This document shows, in pieces, positions 20,805 to 30,127 of a DNA stretch of 64,000 nucleotides. A program made the translations under genes and the position numbers. The DNA is taken from positions 14,781 to 78,780 of the forward strand of contig WYEM01000040.1 of the NCBI GenBank assembly GCA_009903775.1. The letters are read 5' to 3'. How positions within the stretch are numbered: the first letter of the stretch is position 1; every line of letters starts with the position of its first letter. The notes under the pieces were generated by a model, which was not told the DNA's origin, ran no database searches, and saw nothing but the letters and a program-made list of their open reading frames with translations. The stretch comes from Nitrososphaerota archaeon (lineage in GTDB: Archaea; Thermoproteota; Nitrososphaeria; Conexivisphaerales; Conexivisphaeraceae).

Positions 20805-20928
20805 GTGCCCGAGATATCCGCGGTCAGCAATAAGCGTTGCCCTCATCGCGGGCGGCTCCCCCCCCAATGGGCGGCGCCCGGCGGGCGCCGCCGAATATTT
20901 TTAACGGGCGCGCTCCTCCCCATAGGAG

Positions 20929-21159
20929 TTGGCTAAGGCGTACGTCCTGATAAACACGGAGATGGGGAAGGAGGAGGACGTGCTGAAGGCGTTGAAGCAG
21001 TTGCCCTACGTCACCGAGGCCCACATGGTCTATGGTGTCTACGACATAATAGCGAAGGTGGAGGCCGATTCCCTGGAGCGCGTCAAGGAGACCATAAGCT
21101 CCCGCGTGCGCAGGCTGGAGCACGTGAGGTCGACGCTCAGCATCATAGTGATAGAGTAG
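20929..21159 (+). CDS. Lrp/AsnC ligand-binding-domain protein
   Basis: AYVLIN..G.E..V, VYGVYDIIAKV and VRSTLS motifs. Confidence 0.92.
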   Translation: MAKAYVLINTEMGKEEDVLKALKQLPYVTEAHMVYGVYDIIAKVEADSLERVKETISSRVRRLEHVRSTLSIIVIE

Positions 21160-21171
21160 CGATCGGCGGCC

Positions 21172-22497
21172 TTGCCCGTCGCGCACATCGGCATCGATGA
21201 CACCGACTCCAACTACCTCGGGATGTGCACGACCTACATCGGCGCGCTGATCGAGGACGAACTCAGGGGCTTGGGCTACGCGGGCGCCGGCGAGCCGAGG
21301 TTGGTGCGCCTGAACCCCGCCTATCCCATGAAGACCAGGGGGAACGGCGCGATCCACCTCAGGTACCGCGTCGAGGGGCGTGCCGACGCAATGCGCCTCT
21401 TCGGGCGGGTGGAGGACATCCTGGCGCGCAGCGCCGCCCTGGCGGATTCGAAGGTAGATCCAGGGCTCGTGATGATCGTCACTCCCGACGCATCGCCCCC
21501 CGCGGCCCTCTCGCCCATCTACGAGGAAGCTCTGAGGAGGATAGCGAGCCTCCCCGCGGCCATCAGGCTGCTGGCTTCGCTGGGGGCGATCGCCTCCTGG
21601 TTCAAGAGCGGTCGCGGGCTGGTGGGCGCCGCCGCCGCGATTGGCGCCCCGGAGGACGCCACGCGCATGTACGAGCTGCTGGCGTACCGCTCCCCGGGCT
21701 CTCCGCGCGGGCCCCGGCCGGTCGACGAGGAGTCCGTCAGGATCGCCGACCTGGAGACCTGGCCTATGACGTACGATAACTACGATTGGTATAGCATGGA
21801 GGCGCTCGTGGCGCCGCGCGGCCCCGATCCGGTCATCGTCGGGGTGAGGGGGCCTGACAGGTCATCCGTGATCAGGGCCTACAGCGCGCTCAGGATAGGG
21901 ACGCGCGTCGAGAGGGTGGCCATTTATCGGACAAACCACGGCTCGGGCTCCCACGTTGTGGACGTGAATGCAGCGTCGGAGATCGAGCCCTACACGACCG
22001 TCAGGCTGGAGGGCCGCGTCGCGACGCGGCCCAGCTTCGGGCGCGGATCCCACGTCTTCTTCACGCTGGAGGACTCCCGCGGGGGCAGGATAAGGGTGGC
22101 CGCCTACGAGCCGACGAAGCACTTCAGGCAGGTGGTCCTGGGGCTGGAGCCGGGGGACCGCGTCAGGGTCGTCGGGTCCTTCAGGCCGCACCCCCCGGAC
22201 CCTCCCACGATAAACCTGGAGCTGCTCGAGGTGCTCGAGCTGGTGGAGCTCAGGGCCAGATCCGCCCCCAAGTGCCCGGTCTGCGGCTCCCGGATGGAGA
22301 GCGAGGGCTCCGGCAAAGGGTACAGGTGCACGCGGTGCGGCCACCGCGATCCCGGTGCCGTGCCCGTGGAGGTCAGGCTCCCCCGCAGGATAGTCCGCGG
22401 CACCTACCTACCCCCTTCGAGGGCGCATCGCCACCTTACGAGGCCCGTGGAGGCCTCGCTCTGGGAGGATTCCTCCCAGTGCGCGGTCGAGGATTGA
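21172..22497 (+). CDS. tiaS: tRNA(Ile2)-agmatinylcytidine synthase
   Basis: GIDDTDS..GMCTT, RLNP..KTRGN, AAYEPT, Zn ribbon and HRHLTRP motifs. Confidence 0.95.
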   Translation: MPVAHIGIDDTDSNYLGMCTTYIGALIEDELRGLGYAGAGEPRLVRLNPAYPMKTRGNGAIHLRYRVEGRADAMRLFGRVEDILARSAALADSKVDPGLVMIVTPDASPPAALSPIYEEALRRIASLPAAIRLLASLGAIASWFKSGRGLVGAAAAIGAPEDATRMYELLAYRSPGSPRGPRPVDEESVRIADLETWPMTYDNYDWYSMEALVAPRGPDPVIVGVRGPDRSSVIRAYSALRIGTRVERVAIYRTNHGSGSHVVDVNAASEIEPYTTVRLEGRVATRPSFGRGSHVFFTLEDSRGGRIRVAAYEPTKHFRQVVLGLEPGDRVRVVGSFRPHPPDPPTINLELLEVLELVELRARSAPKCPVCGSRMESEGSGKGYRCTRCGHRDPGAVPVEVRLPRRIVRGTYLPPSRAHRHLTRPVEASLWEDSSQCAVED

Positions 22498-22510
22498 GTT
22501 GAAATCCGGA

Positions 22511-22603
22511 TGGGGCCGCCGCCGGGATTTTCGGGCCACAGGCCTATCGAACCCGGTCTGGGGGCTCCACAGGCCCCTGTGCTACCATTACACCACGGCG
22601 GCC
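22511..22603 (-). tRNA. tRNA-His(GTG) with 18-nt T-loop intron (22528-22545) and encoded G-1
   Basis: GGGGC-CTGTGGA-GCCCC; BHB TTCG-ATA-GGCC-TGT-GGCC-CGAA-AAT in the T-arm. Confidence 0.9.
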
Positions 22604-22680
22604 GCTGCCCCTCAGCGTGAAGGAACCGGGAGATAAAACTTATGATGGCTTCGGCGGTCGCGCCGCCGGCGCGCGGGCTG

Positions 22681-23175
22681 TTGCGCTGTTTGTGTTTAGT
22701 GGTTAAGTTTACAATCCCTGGTTTTATTATCATTAGATCTAGTGCCTCCGGGGCTGATGAGCGAGGTCGCCAGGGCGGCCATCGTCGAGTCCGCGCCGTC
22801 GCCAGGAGGGCCTTCAATGTCCTAGCCGAGCTCGAGGGCATGTACAGGGGCATTGTCGAGCGGCTCGCCCCATACGTGCGAGTAACCACGTAACCAAGTC
22901 CGCCGGGCTCGAGGCCGAGGAGCATCATGATGTGAGGTCGCCTCACCCCCGGCCTCCCTCCCACCACGCTTACGCCGCCCGCCAGGGCGCCGCCGGGAGT
23001 GCCCACTCCCTCCTCGGGCCTAGGGAGAGGGGCGGGGCATTAGCCTACCCCGAGGTCAGGGGCATCAGCACGTGGCCGACGACCACCCGTGGGCCCACTC
23101 CGATAGCCCGTGAGGAGTGGGCGAGGTGGAGGTCCCCGGGTGCCCAGGAAGATCGCATATCTAGGGACGGATGGA
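22681..23175 (+). mobile_element. Internally deleted TnpB (IS200/IS605-like) remnant, copy 1
   Basis: Decayed RRAFNVLAELEGMYR...LPSHHAY.A.Q.AA...YPEVRG; near-identical to 55781-56164. Confidence 0.7.
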
Positions 23176-23210
23176 AATAACATATTTATCCGGGATTGAG
23201 CGAAAGCTGG

Positions 23211-23609
23211 ATGATGAGCGCTAAACCCGTGGAGCTCGGCGACATCAAGGAGGGCGCGTTCGTCGTCATAGACGATGAGCCCTGCAGGGTCGTCGAGGTC
23301 GAGAAGAGCAAGCCGGGGAAGCATGGGAGCGCCAAGGTCCGGCTCGTGGCCATGGGTTTCTTCACGGGATCCAAGAGATCCTACATGGGTCCCTCCAGCG
23401 CCAAGATAGACGTGCCGGAGGTCGAGAAGCGCGTCGGCCAGGTGCTCAGCGTCTCCAATGGGAACGTGCAGCTGATGGACCTGGAGACCTTCGAGACGTT
23501 CGAGACCCAGTACGTGGAGGACGAGGTGAGGGACAGGCTGGAGCCGGGCGCCGAGGTGGAGTACTGGCGCATAATGGGCAAGTCCAAGATAATCAAGGTC
23601 AAGAAGTGA
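23211..23609 (+). CDS. eif5a: Translation factor aIF5A
   Basis: SKPGKHGSAK hypusine motif. Confidence 0.97.
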   Translation: MMSAKPVELGDIKEGAFVVIDDEPCRVVEVEKSKPGKHGSAKVRLVAMGFFTGSKRSYMGPSSAKIDVPEVEKRVGQVLSVSNGNVQLMDLETFETFETQYVEDEVRDRLEPGAEVEYWRIMGKSKIIKVKK

Positions 23610-23764
23610 GCTTCCCTCGCCAGCGCGCCGGTAGCGCGGCGCTCAACGGTGGGCTGCGGTCGCTAAGGCCCATCGGCGCGAGGGCGCCCCTGCGATTGCT
23701 GCCGCTAGGAATCCCCGTGCAGCAGTCCGCGCCGGAAACGTTTATTTACCGTCGGTTCGGAAGA

Positions 23765-23886
23765 GGCTCAGCCGGCCATAGCGGCGGGGACCCACCCGGT
23801 CTCGTCCGATCCCGGAAGTGAAACCCGCCGTCGCCGCCGTGCTAGTGAGGTGCGCGAGCCCTCGCGAAGCGGCGGTGCCGGCGCCC
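23765..23886 (+). rRNA. rrf: 5S rRNA (stand-alone)
   Basis: GGCCATAGC...CACCCGG..CCGATCCCGGAAGTGAAAC...GCGAG loop; TATA box at 23741; ends approximate. Confidence 0.88.
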
Positions 23887-23969
23887 CTGAAGCTGGTCGC
23901 GGCCCTCATGCGGGATGTGATGGGCGGCCTGACTTTCTTTAAATAGTGGCCGCCCGAAGGACCGAGACG

Positions 23970-25073
23970 TTGGCGGCCTCCGGCGACCAAATAGTGTACT
24001 ACTATCTGGCCTGGTACATAATACTGCCAACCATTTACATGGCCCTGATGACCGTCTACGCCAATAGGTTCCAGTTCTGGACGATGAGCGGCGAGGTCGC
24101 CAGGGCATTCAGGGAACTGAGGGAGCTCCGGGATCGCGGCCTGTCGAGGTACGAGTCCTACATCTCCTCCGCGACGCAGGACGCGGCCGCCAGGTCCCGT
24201 CTGAGGTCATTGCTGGACCTGTTCGCGGTGTATCCGGTGGACCTGGACCCGGTCGGGATAGTCGGTAAGCTGAAGCACCTGATGGACAACTACGAGCGCA
24301 AGTTCAAGGCGGAGGCGTCCGCGGCGCTCGGGACCGAGGACCCGGTGCCGGTGGGCAGGACCGTGGGTTACGCTGAGGCCGCGGCCGCCCTCAACACGCT
24401 ATACAAGGTAGTGGATCACTTCCTCTGGCTGGCAAACAAGTACTCCAGCCTGGGCCTCCTGCAGCAGCTCTACGCGGTCATGCCGCTCTTCCTCAAGCAG
24501 GGCAGAGCCTTCCTCGGCTTCATGGACGCCCTGGACAGCGGGGCCCCCATAGGCGATGGCATAGGCCCGATGAGCGTCGGGCTGCTGATGCGCGGCCTGC
24601 AGAAGTTCGACATAGCCCCGGACACCTCTGCCGCGCTCGGGGAGCTGGAGGGCCGCAGGGTCCTCTTCATCAAGGCCAAGGGGCCCGCCAACAACCTGGG
24701 CAACCTCGACGATGCGGTCCGCCGCGCCGGCCTGATTTACGGCAGGATATCGGCCATAATAACCATCGATGCCCAGCTGAGGCTGGAGAGCGAGCGCAGC
24801 GGCGAGTCCGCCCGCGGCGTCGGCGTCGCCATAGGGGGCCTGGGCGTCGAGCGCTTCAACATAGAGAGCCAGGCCGCCAGCGGGGGCATTCCTCTCTACG
24901 CAATACTGGTCAAGGAGAGCTACGCCGAGGCCATAACGATCATGACGAGGGACCTGGCCAAGTCCGTCGATTACGTCCACGAGGCGCTGCGCAGCATCCT
25001 GCGCGAGATGGTCCCGCAGGACGGCGTCGCGGTCGTCATCGGCGTCGGGAACACCCTCGGCATCGCGCAGTGA
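23970..25073 (+). CDS. DUF1512 family protein
   Basis: PVDLDP.GIV, PIGDGIGP, KA.GP, IDA.L.LE.E and GVGNTLGIAQ motifs. Confidence 0.88.
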   Translation: MAASGDQIVYYYLAWYIILPTIYMALMTVYANRFQFWTMSGEVARAFRELRELRDRGLSRYESYISSATQDAAARSRLRSLLDLFAVYPVDLDPVGIVGKLKHLMDNYERKFKAEASAALGTEDPVPVGRTVGYAEAAAALNTLYKVVDHFLWLANKYSSLGLLQQLYAVMPLFLKQGRAFLGFMDALDSGAPIGDGIGPMSVGLLMRGLQKFDIAPDTSAALGELEGRRVLFIKAKGPANNLGNLDDAVRRAGLIYGRISAIITIDAQLRLESERSGESARGVGVAIGGLGVERFNIESQAASGGIPLYAILVKESYAEAITIMTRDLAKSVDYVHEALRSILREMVPQDGVAVVIGVGNTLGIAQ

Positions 25074-25097
25074 GGGCGCTTCGCGGGGATCCGAGCC

Positions 25098-25862
25098 CTA
25101 CTCGAGCGCGGACCCGCCGGCCGCGCGCGCGGCCTGCAGCAATCTCGCGAACGCCTCATCGCAGCGCCCCTCGAAGGATATGACCAGTATCCTGACGCCC
25201 GGCCTCCCCGGCTGGCCCCTGGGCTGAGTCTTCACGTAGACGGACTCGTCCCTCGACAGCTCCATCAGCGCGTCCGCCAGGTCGGCCTCGACTATCCCCT
25301 GGAAGGTCGCCTCGCGCCTGCACGGCGGCCCGCGCCACATCCCGGCGAGGCGCGCCGCGGCCTCCTCGAACATCCGCGTCATCTCCGCCGGGACGCCCGG
25401 CAAGACCACGAACGTCGTGCCCTCGTGCCTGAGGATGGCGCCGGGAGCGGTTCCCACGCGATTCTCGAGCGGCTCAGCGCCCCTGGGCATATCGGCCATC
25501 TTGAGCCTCGCGGGCGTCAGCTGGAAGCCCCTCTCCGCCACCCTCCTCCTCACCATCTCCTCGGCCGCCGGGTTGCGCTCCAGCGGCAGGCCGAGCGCCC
25601 GGGAGAGCAGGTACATGGTCCTATCGTCGTACGTGGGCCCCAGCCCTCCAGTCGACACGACCAGCTCCACCCTCCCCACGGCGTCCCTGAAGATCTCGGC
25701 CGACTCCTCGTCGTCCGGGGACGTCACCATCCTCCTGACCCTCACTCCCAGGGAGGTGAGCCTCCTGGCCAGCCATCCCGCGTTCGTGTTCTCGACCTCT
25801 CCCAGGAGGACCTCGTTGCCCAGCGTCACTATCCAGGCGCGGGGCACTGTCTGGCCAGGCAC
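25098..25862 (-). CDS. CinA-like molybdopterin-binding domain protein
   Basis: GNEVL.G...NTNA, TGGLGPTYDD, N.VGTAPG and LPGVP.EM motifs. Confidence 0.9.
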   Translation of the reverse strand: MPGQTVPRAWIVTLGNEVLLGEVENTNAGWLARRLTSLGVRVRRMVTSPDDEESAEIFRDAVGRVELVVSTGGLGPTYDDRTMYLLSRALGLPLERNPAAEEMVRRRVAERGFQLTPARLKMADMPRGAEPLENRVGTAPGAILRHEGTTFVVLPGVPAEMTRMFEEAAARLAGMWRGPPCRREATFQGIVEADLADALMELSRDESVYVKTQPRGQPGRPGVRILVISFEGRCDEAFARLLQAARAAGGSALE

Positions 25863-25884
25863 GTGGTAGCGCGCCGGCGCGCCC

Positions 25885-28617
25885 CTAATAAGCGTGAGGC
25901 CGGCCTCGCGCTCCGCCCCTCAGGGCGGCGATGGCCTCGTCGAGGCTCAGCGCGCGGGGCACGGATCCCTGGCCTATGCGCCCCCTCCCTCCGCCGCGCC
26001 CCCCCAGGGCCCCGAGCGCCCGGGCGGCGAGCTCCCCAGCATCGGGCCTTCCGCCCTGGGAGATTATGACCAGGAGCGAGCGCCCCTCCTCCCTGATGAC
26101 ACTGATCCCCAGGTATATCGCCTCGGGGACGCTCCTGGATACCGCATCCCCTATTTCGATCAGCGTCCTCTGCGGGACCCCCTCCAGCGCCACGGCGTAG
26201 ATGGGCCTGCCCTCCAGCTCGCCCCTGGGCCCCAGCGCGGCCACGTAGGATGCCAGGGCGCTGCTCAGCCTCCTGCGCTCGCCCTCCTTCGCCTCCAGCT
26301 CCCCGAGCAGCTCCTCCAGCCTCCTGGCCGCCTGCTCGGGCGGCGCGCCCAGCCTGTCGGCTATCTCGTGAATCAGCCTGGACTGCTCGATCGAGTGCTC
26401 CACGGCCCTCATGCCCGCCACGAACTCCAGCCTCACCACGCCGTCCTGTATCCTCTCGGAGCGGAGGATCCTGATCGGCCCCACCTCTCCCGTCCTGCGC
26501 ACGTGCGTGCCGCCGCAGGCCTCCACGTCGAAATCCCCTATCCTGATCACGCGCAGCTCCCTCTCCGGTATCGCGCCGCCCTGGTAGAGCCTGAAGCCGT
26601 AGAGCGACTCCGCCCTGCCCCTGGGGAGCACCTGCACGTCCACGGGGATGTCGGCCTGCACTATCTCGTTGGCGACCCTCTCTATGGCCTCCAGCTGCTC
26701 CCTGGTCAGCGCCGAGTGATGGGTCACGTCGAGCCTGGCCATGCCCTCCTCCTTGAAGGCCGAGTGCTGCCAGACCCAGGGACCCAGCACCCGCCTGGCG
26801 GCCCCGTTGACGATGTGCGTCGCCGTGTGGTGCCTCATCAGGGCCCTCCTCCTGGCCTCGTCTATCTCGCACTCGACGACCTCGCCCTCGCTCGGCGTCC
26901 CGCCCTCCAGGAAGTGCACGACGACGCCCCCCACCTTGACGACGTCCCTCACGCGGAACCCGCCCAGCAGCCCGCGATCCGGCTCCTGGCCCCCTCCCCT
27001 GGGGTAGAAGATCGTGCTCTCCAGGACCACCGCCCGCTCCTCGGGATAGGACCGGAGGACCCTCGAGCGGCACCTGGTGGCGTACTGGTCCTCGTAGTAC
27101 AGCGCCCTCGTGGGCGGGAGCCCCCTCACGTCGACCGGGGGCCTCTCGGCCCTCTCCCTCGGCCGGGTCGAGTGCCTCCTGGCCAGCTCCGAATAGAAGT
27201 CCATCGGCACTGACGTGAGGACCCCGGCCTCCACCAGCATCTCCGGGGTGACGCCGTTGGACTCGTAGAGCCGGATCGCCTCGTCCGTGGTGAGCCGCCT
27301 GCCCGAGCGCCTAATGTCCTCTATTATGCTGGCCACGCGGGCCTTGGTAGCCCTGTAGCGCTGCAGCTCCACATCGATGACCTCGCGGAAGGCGGGGATC
27401 GCCTCGAGAAGCTCCGGGAACATCGGCCTCAGGGACCTGGCGATGAGCTCCGCGACGTCGACCAGCGTCAAGTCCCATGAGTTCGCATCTATTATCCCCT
27501 GCGCGCGCCTGAGTATCGCCCTGAGGTTATACCCGCCGCCCACGTTGCTGGGCAGCGCCCCGTCGGCTATGGCAAAGAGCAGCGCCCTGGAGTGATCGAG
27601 GACCGCGTAGAGGTCAACCCATGGCTTCACGCCCCGCTCGTATTCCTCCTCGTCGATCCCCGCCTCGGCCAGCACCTCGCGCATGACCGCCGAGGGATCC
27701 GTCGCCTCCGTCAGGTCGCGCTTCCCGCTGGCGGCGAAGAACCTGGCGATCATCCCCTCATCGCGGGGGATGCCGAGCCTCCTCCTCAGCTCCCCCAGCT
27801 CGCCCGCGAACACCGCATCATAGCTCGCGGGCGTGCCCTGGGACAGCCACACGAACCTCTCGAGCCCGGCCCCCATGTCCACGACCTGGGGCTCGAGCCT
27901 CCTGTAGTCCGACGGGGTCCCCTCGAACTCCGTGAACACGGCGTTGCCAAGCTCGAGCCCCCTGACGTAGTACTCCAGGGAGTACCCGAAGGCGCCATAT
28001 CCCAACCAAACGTCCTCGACGAACACCACCTCCTCGCGCCGCACGCCGAACCTCTCGGTGAGGAGCCTGAAGTCCAGCTCCACCGTCCTGTCCTTCCAGT
28101 ACCCCCTCCCATCGTTCAGCGCGTGCTGCCCTATCATGACGAACTCGGTGTAGTGGCGGCCCGTGAAGCCGACGTTCTCCACGTCGTTGAACCTCAGCGA
28201 GGCCTGCGGCACCACTAGCGGGTTCGCCGGGAACTCGAAGACCACCTTGCCGCCCTCCACCCTCTGGAAATCTATTATCGATGCGACGGTGAAGTATAGG
28301 TCCGGCCTCCACCTCGCGACCACGGGGTACCGCGGCACGCTCGTGTGCCCCTCTGAGACGAAGAACTCCTCAACGTTCCTCCAGGCCTCCACGTAGCCGA
28401 AGGGGCGGCTCGTGACCCTGTCGCCTATGAACGTCCTGCCGCCCCAGTGATCCGGGCACCGCTCCATCGATGGGTCCAGCGTCCAGAAGTGCCTGCCGCA
28501 GACCTCGCAGCGCTTCCTCACGAACCCCTCCCTCCTGAAGAGCTCCACCTCGTAGTACTTCTGGGGCTCCGACGAGAACTTCTCCAGCAGCTCGCGCTTT
28601 TCCTCCTCGCGGGGCAT
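25885..28617 (-). CDS. alaS: Alanine-tRNA ligase (in-frame CGA at 25906-25908)
   Basis: YPVVARWR, ELGNAVF, DMGAGLER, HHTATH, EACGGTH and GGRGGG motifs. Confidence 0.97.
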   Translation of the reverse strand: MPREEEKRELLEKFSSEPQKYYEVELFRREGFVRKRCEVCGRHFWTLDPSMERCPDHWGGRTFIGDRVTSRPFGYVEAWRNVEEFFVSEGHTSVPRYPVVARWRPDLYFTVASIIDFQRVEGGKVVFEFPANPLVVPQASLRFNDVENVGFTGRHYTEFVMIGQHALNDGRGYWKDRTVELDFRLLTERFGVRREEVVFVEDVWLGYGAFGYSLEYYVRGLELGNAVFTEFEGTPSDYRRLEPQVVDMGAGLERFVWLSQGTPASYDAVFAGELGELRRRLGIPRDEGMIARFFAASGKRDLTEATDPSAVMREVLAEAGIDEEEYERGVKPWVDLYAVLDHSRALLFAIADGALPSNVGGGYNLRAILRRAQGIIDANSWDLTLVDVAELIARSLRPMFPELLEAIPAFREVIDVELQRYRATKARVASIIEDIRRSGRRLTTDEAIRLYESNGVTPEMLVEAGVLTSVPMDFYSELARRHSTRPRERAERPPVDVRGLPPTRALYYEDQYATRCRSRVLRSYPEERAVVLESTIFYPRGGGQEPDRGLLGGFRVRDVVKVGGVVVHFLEGGTPSEGEVVECEIDEARRRALMRHHTATHIVNGAARRVLGPWVWQHSAFKEEGMARLDVTHHSALTREQLEAIERVANEIVQADIPVDVQVLPRGRAESLYGFRLYQGGAIPERELRVIRIGDFDVEACGGTHVRRTGEVGPIRILRSERIQDGVVRLEFVAGMRAVEHSIEQSRLIHEIADRLGAPPEQAARRLEELLGELEAKEGERRRLSSALASYVAALGPRGELEGRPIYAVALEGVPQRTLIEIGDAVSRSVPEAIYLGISVIREEGRSLLVIISQGGRPDAGELAARALGALGGRGGGRGRIGQGSVPRALSLDEAIAALRGGARGRPHAY

Positions 28618-28705
28618 GCCGCCCGCAGCGGCGCGTCCAAAATTAAGCGTTGTGGCGCGAGGGCGCGATCGCCGGCGGCCTCAAGGCCATGGGAACCCTC
28701 TTCAC

Positions 28706-28897
28706 ATAGTGCCATGGAGAAACTCGCCCTTCAGGGCGAGGTGGCTCACTAAGAGTGACAATGGATATCGTGGAGCTAAAAGCCCGGAAATACTGTGAGG
28801 TCGATTGTGCCTTAGGGCATGAGGTAGCGCGCGTAAAGGGGATGTAACCCTTAAGGCCTCGGGCAAGCCCCGCCCTTCAGGGCGGGGAGGGAGTCAG
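28706..28897 (+). mobile_element. Non-autonomous IS605-type MITE
   Basis: LE hairpin CTCGCCC-TTCA-GGGCGAG and RE CCCCGCCC-TTCA-GGGCGGGG-AGGGAGTCAG resembling the ends of the 45613-47128 element; left boundary inferred after TTCAC. Confidence 0.75.
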
Positions 28898-28899
28898 CC

Positions 28900-29616
28900 T
28901 TGGGGAAGTTCTCCGAAAGGTTAATCGGCGCCTCCCTCAGCGATCCGGTCATAATCGCGGTCGACGAGCCGATCGACGAGGCGGCGCCCGTCCTAGAGGA
29001 GCTATCCGCGGGCGGCCCCCTGAACCTGAAGGTGGGCTGGATGCCCGTCCTGCGCGGGGGGCTGGGGGCCATCGGCGCCGCCCGCGAGGCCGCGGGCGGC
29101 GGGATCGTGATAGCCGACCTGAAGCTGGCGGACGTGCCGCACGTGAGCGGCGGCGTCGCCAGGGAGCTGCTGGGCGCGGGGGCGGACGCGGTCATAATTC
29201 ATGGGTTCCTGGGGCCGGACGTCGTGGAGGAGGTCGTGAGGTCCGCGGGCGGGTCCGGCGTGATAGTGGTGGCCGAGACGTCCAACGCCGGCGCCGCGCT
29301 CTGCTACGCCGGGTGCTCGGACGAGATAGCGAGGCTGGCCAGGGATGCTGGAGCCGATGGCATAGTCGCGCCGGCCACGAGGCCGGAGAGGATATCGGCT
29401 CTGAGGCGCGTCGTGGGGAGGGACCTGGCGATAATCGCGCCGGGCGTCGGCGCTCAGGGGGGCGACGCCGCGGCGGCCACGCTCGCGGGGGCGGACATGA
29501 TAGTGGTGGGCAGGAGCATAATGAGGTCGGGGCGCCCGCGGGCGGAGCTGGAGAGGCTGAGGGCCGAGGCCCTCAGGGGGATCTCTGCGCGCCGCCGAGG
29601 ATCTCGCTCAGGCTGA
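28900..29616 (+). CDS. pyrF: Orotidine-5'-phosphate decarboxylase
   Basis: KVG, DLKLADVP, APATRP, PGVGAQGG and VGRSI motifs; in-frame CGA at 29596. Confidence 0.95.
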   Translation: MGKFSERLIGASLSDPVIIAVDEPIDEAAPVLEELSAGGPLNLKVGWMPVLRGGLGAIGAAREAAGGGIVIADLKLADVPHVSGGVARELLGAGADAVIIHGFLGPDVVEEVVRSAGGSGVIVVAETSNAGAALCYAGCSDEIARLARDAGADGIVAPATRPERISALRRVVGRDLAIIAPGVGAQGGDAAAATLAGADMIVVGRSIMRSGRPRAELERLRAEALRGISARRRGSRSG

Positions 29617-30127
29617 TCAGGCTCCTCAGCCTTATGCCGAGGGTCGACAGGAGCTCGCGCGCCCCCAGGTCCCTGTCCACCAGGACTACCGCCGTGTCCA
29701 CGCGCGCCCCCAGCGCCCTGACTATCGACGCTGCGCAGGCGAGGGTGACGCCTGTCGAGGCAACGTCGTCCAGCAGTATGGCCCTCTCGCCCGCGCGGAG
29801 CTCGCCCAGCAGCGGGTCCCTGAAGCTGTTCTCGGCCTCCATCTTCTTCACTATCGCGTAGGGCTTCTGGAGCTTCAGGCTCACGGCGACCGTCAGGGGC
29901 GCGGCGCCGTCCCCGATGCCGACCAGGCGATCGAAGCCGCCGACCTCCTCGGAGAGGAGCCTCGCGAGGGCCGAAGTCACCTCGTCGAAGTCGTCGGGGT
30001 AGGATGGCAGGGCCCTCAGGTCGACGTAGTACTCGCTGGAGTTGCCCAGATGCAGCATGTAGTTACCCCTCTTTATCATCCCGCGGTTCCTCAGGATGGA
30101 CGCCAGGCGGGCCGCTTCGCCGGTCAA
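29573..30127 (-). CDS. Divergent PyrE-like phosphoribosyltransferase
   Basis: YYVDLR and LLDDVASTG motifs; flexible loop degenerate. Confidence 0.8.
   Translation of the reverse strand: MTGEAARLASILRNRGMIKRGNYMLHLGNSSEYYVDLRALPSYPDDFDEVTSALARLLSEEVGGFDRLVGIGDGAAPLTVAVSLKLQKPYAIVKKMEAENSFRDPLLGELRAGERAILLDDVASTGVTLACAASIVRALGARVDTAVVLVDRDLGARELLSTLGIRLRSLISLSEILGGAQRSP

Noticed and set aside
18821-20833. 670-aa ORF as a real ACT fusion protein
   Set aside because: After residue 93 it is the out-of-frame reading of the DUF711 gene and antisense RNase P RNA, with low-complexity R/G/P content.
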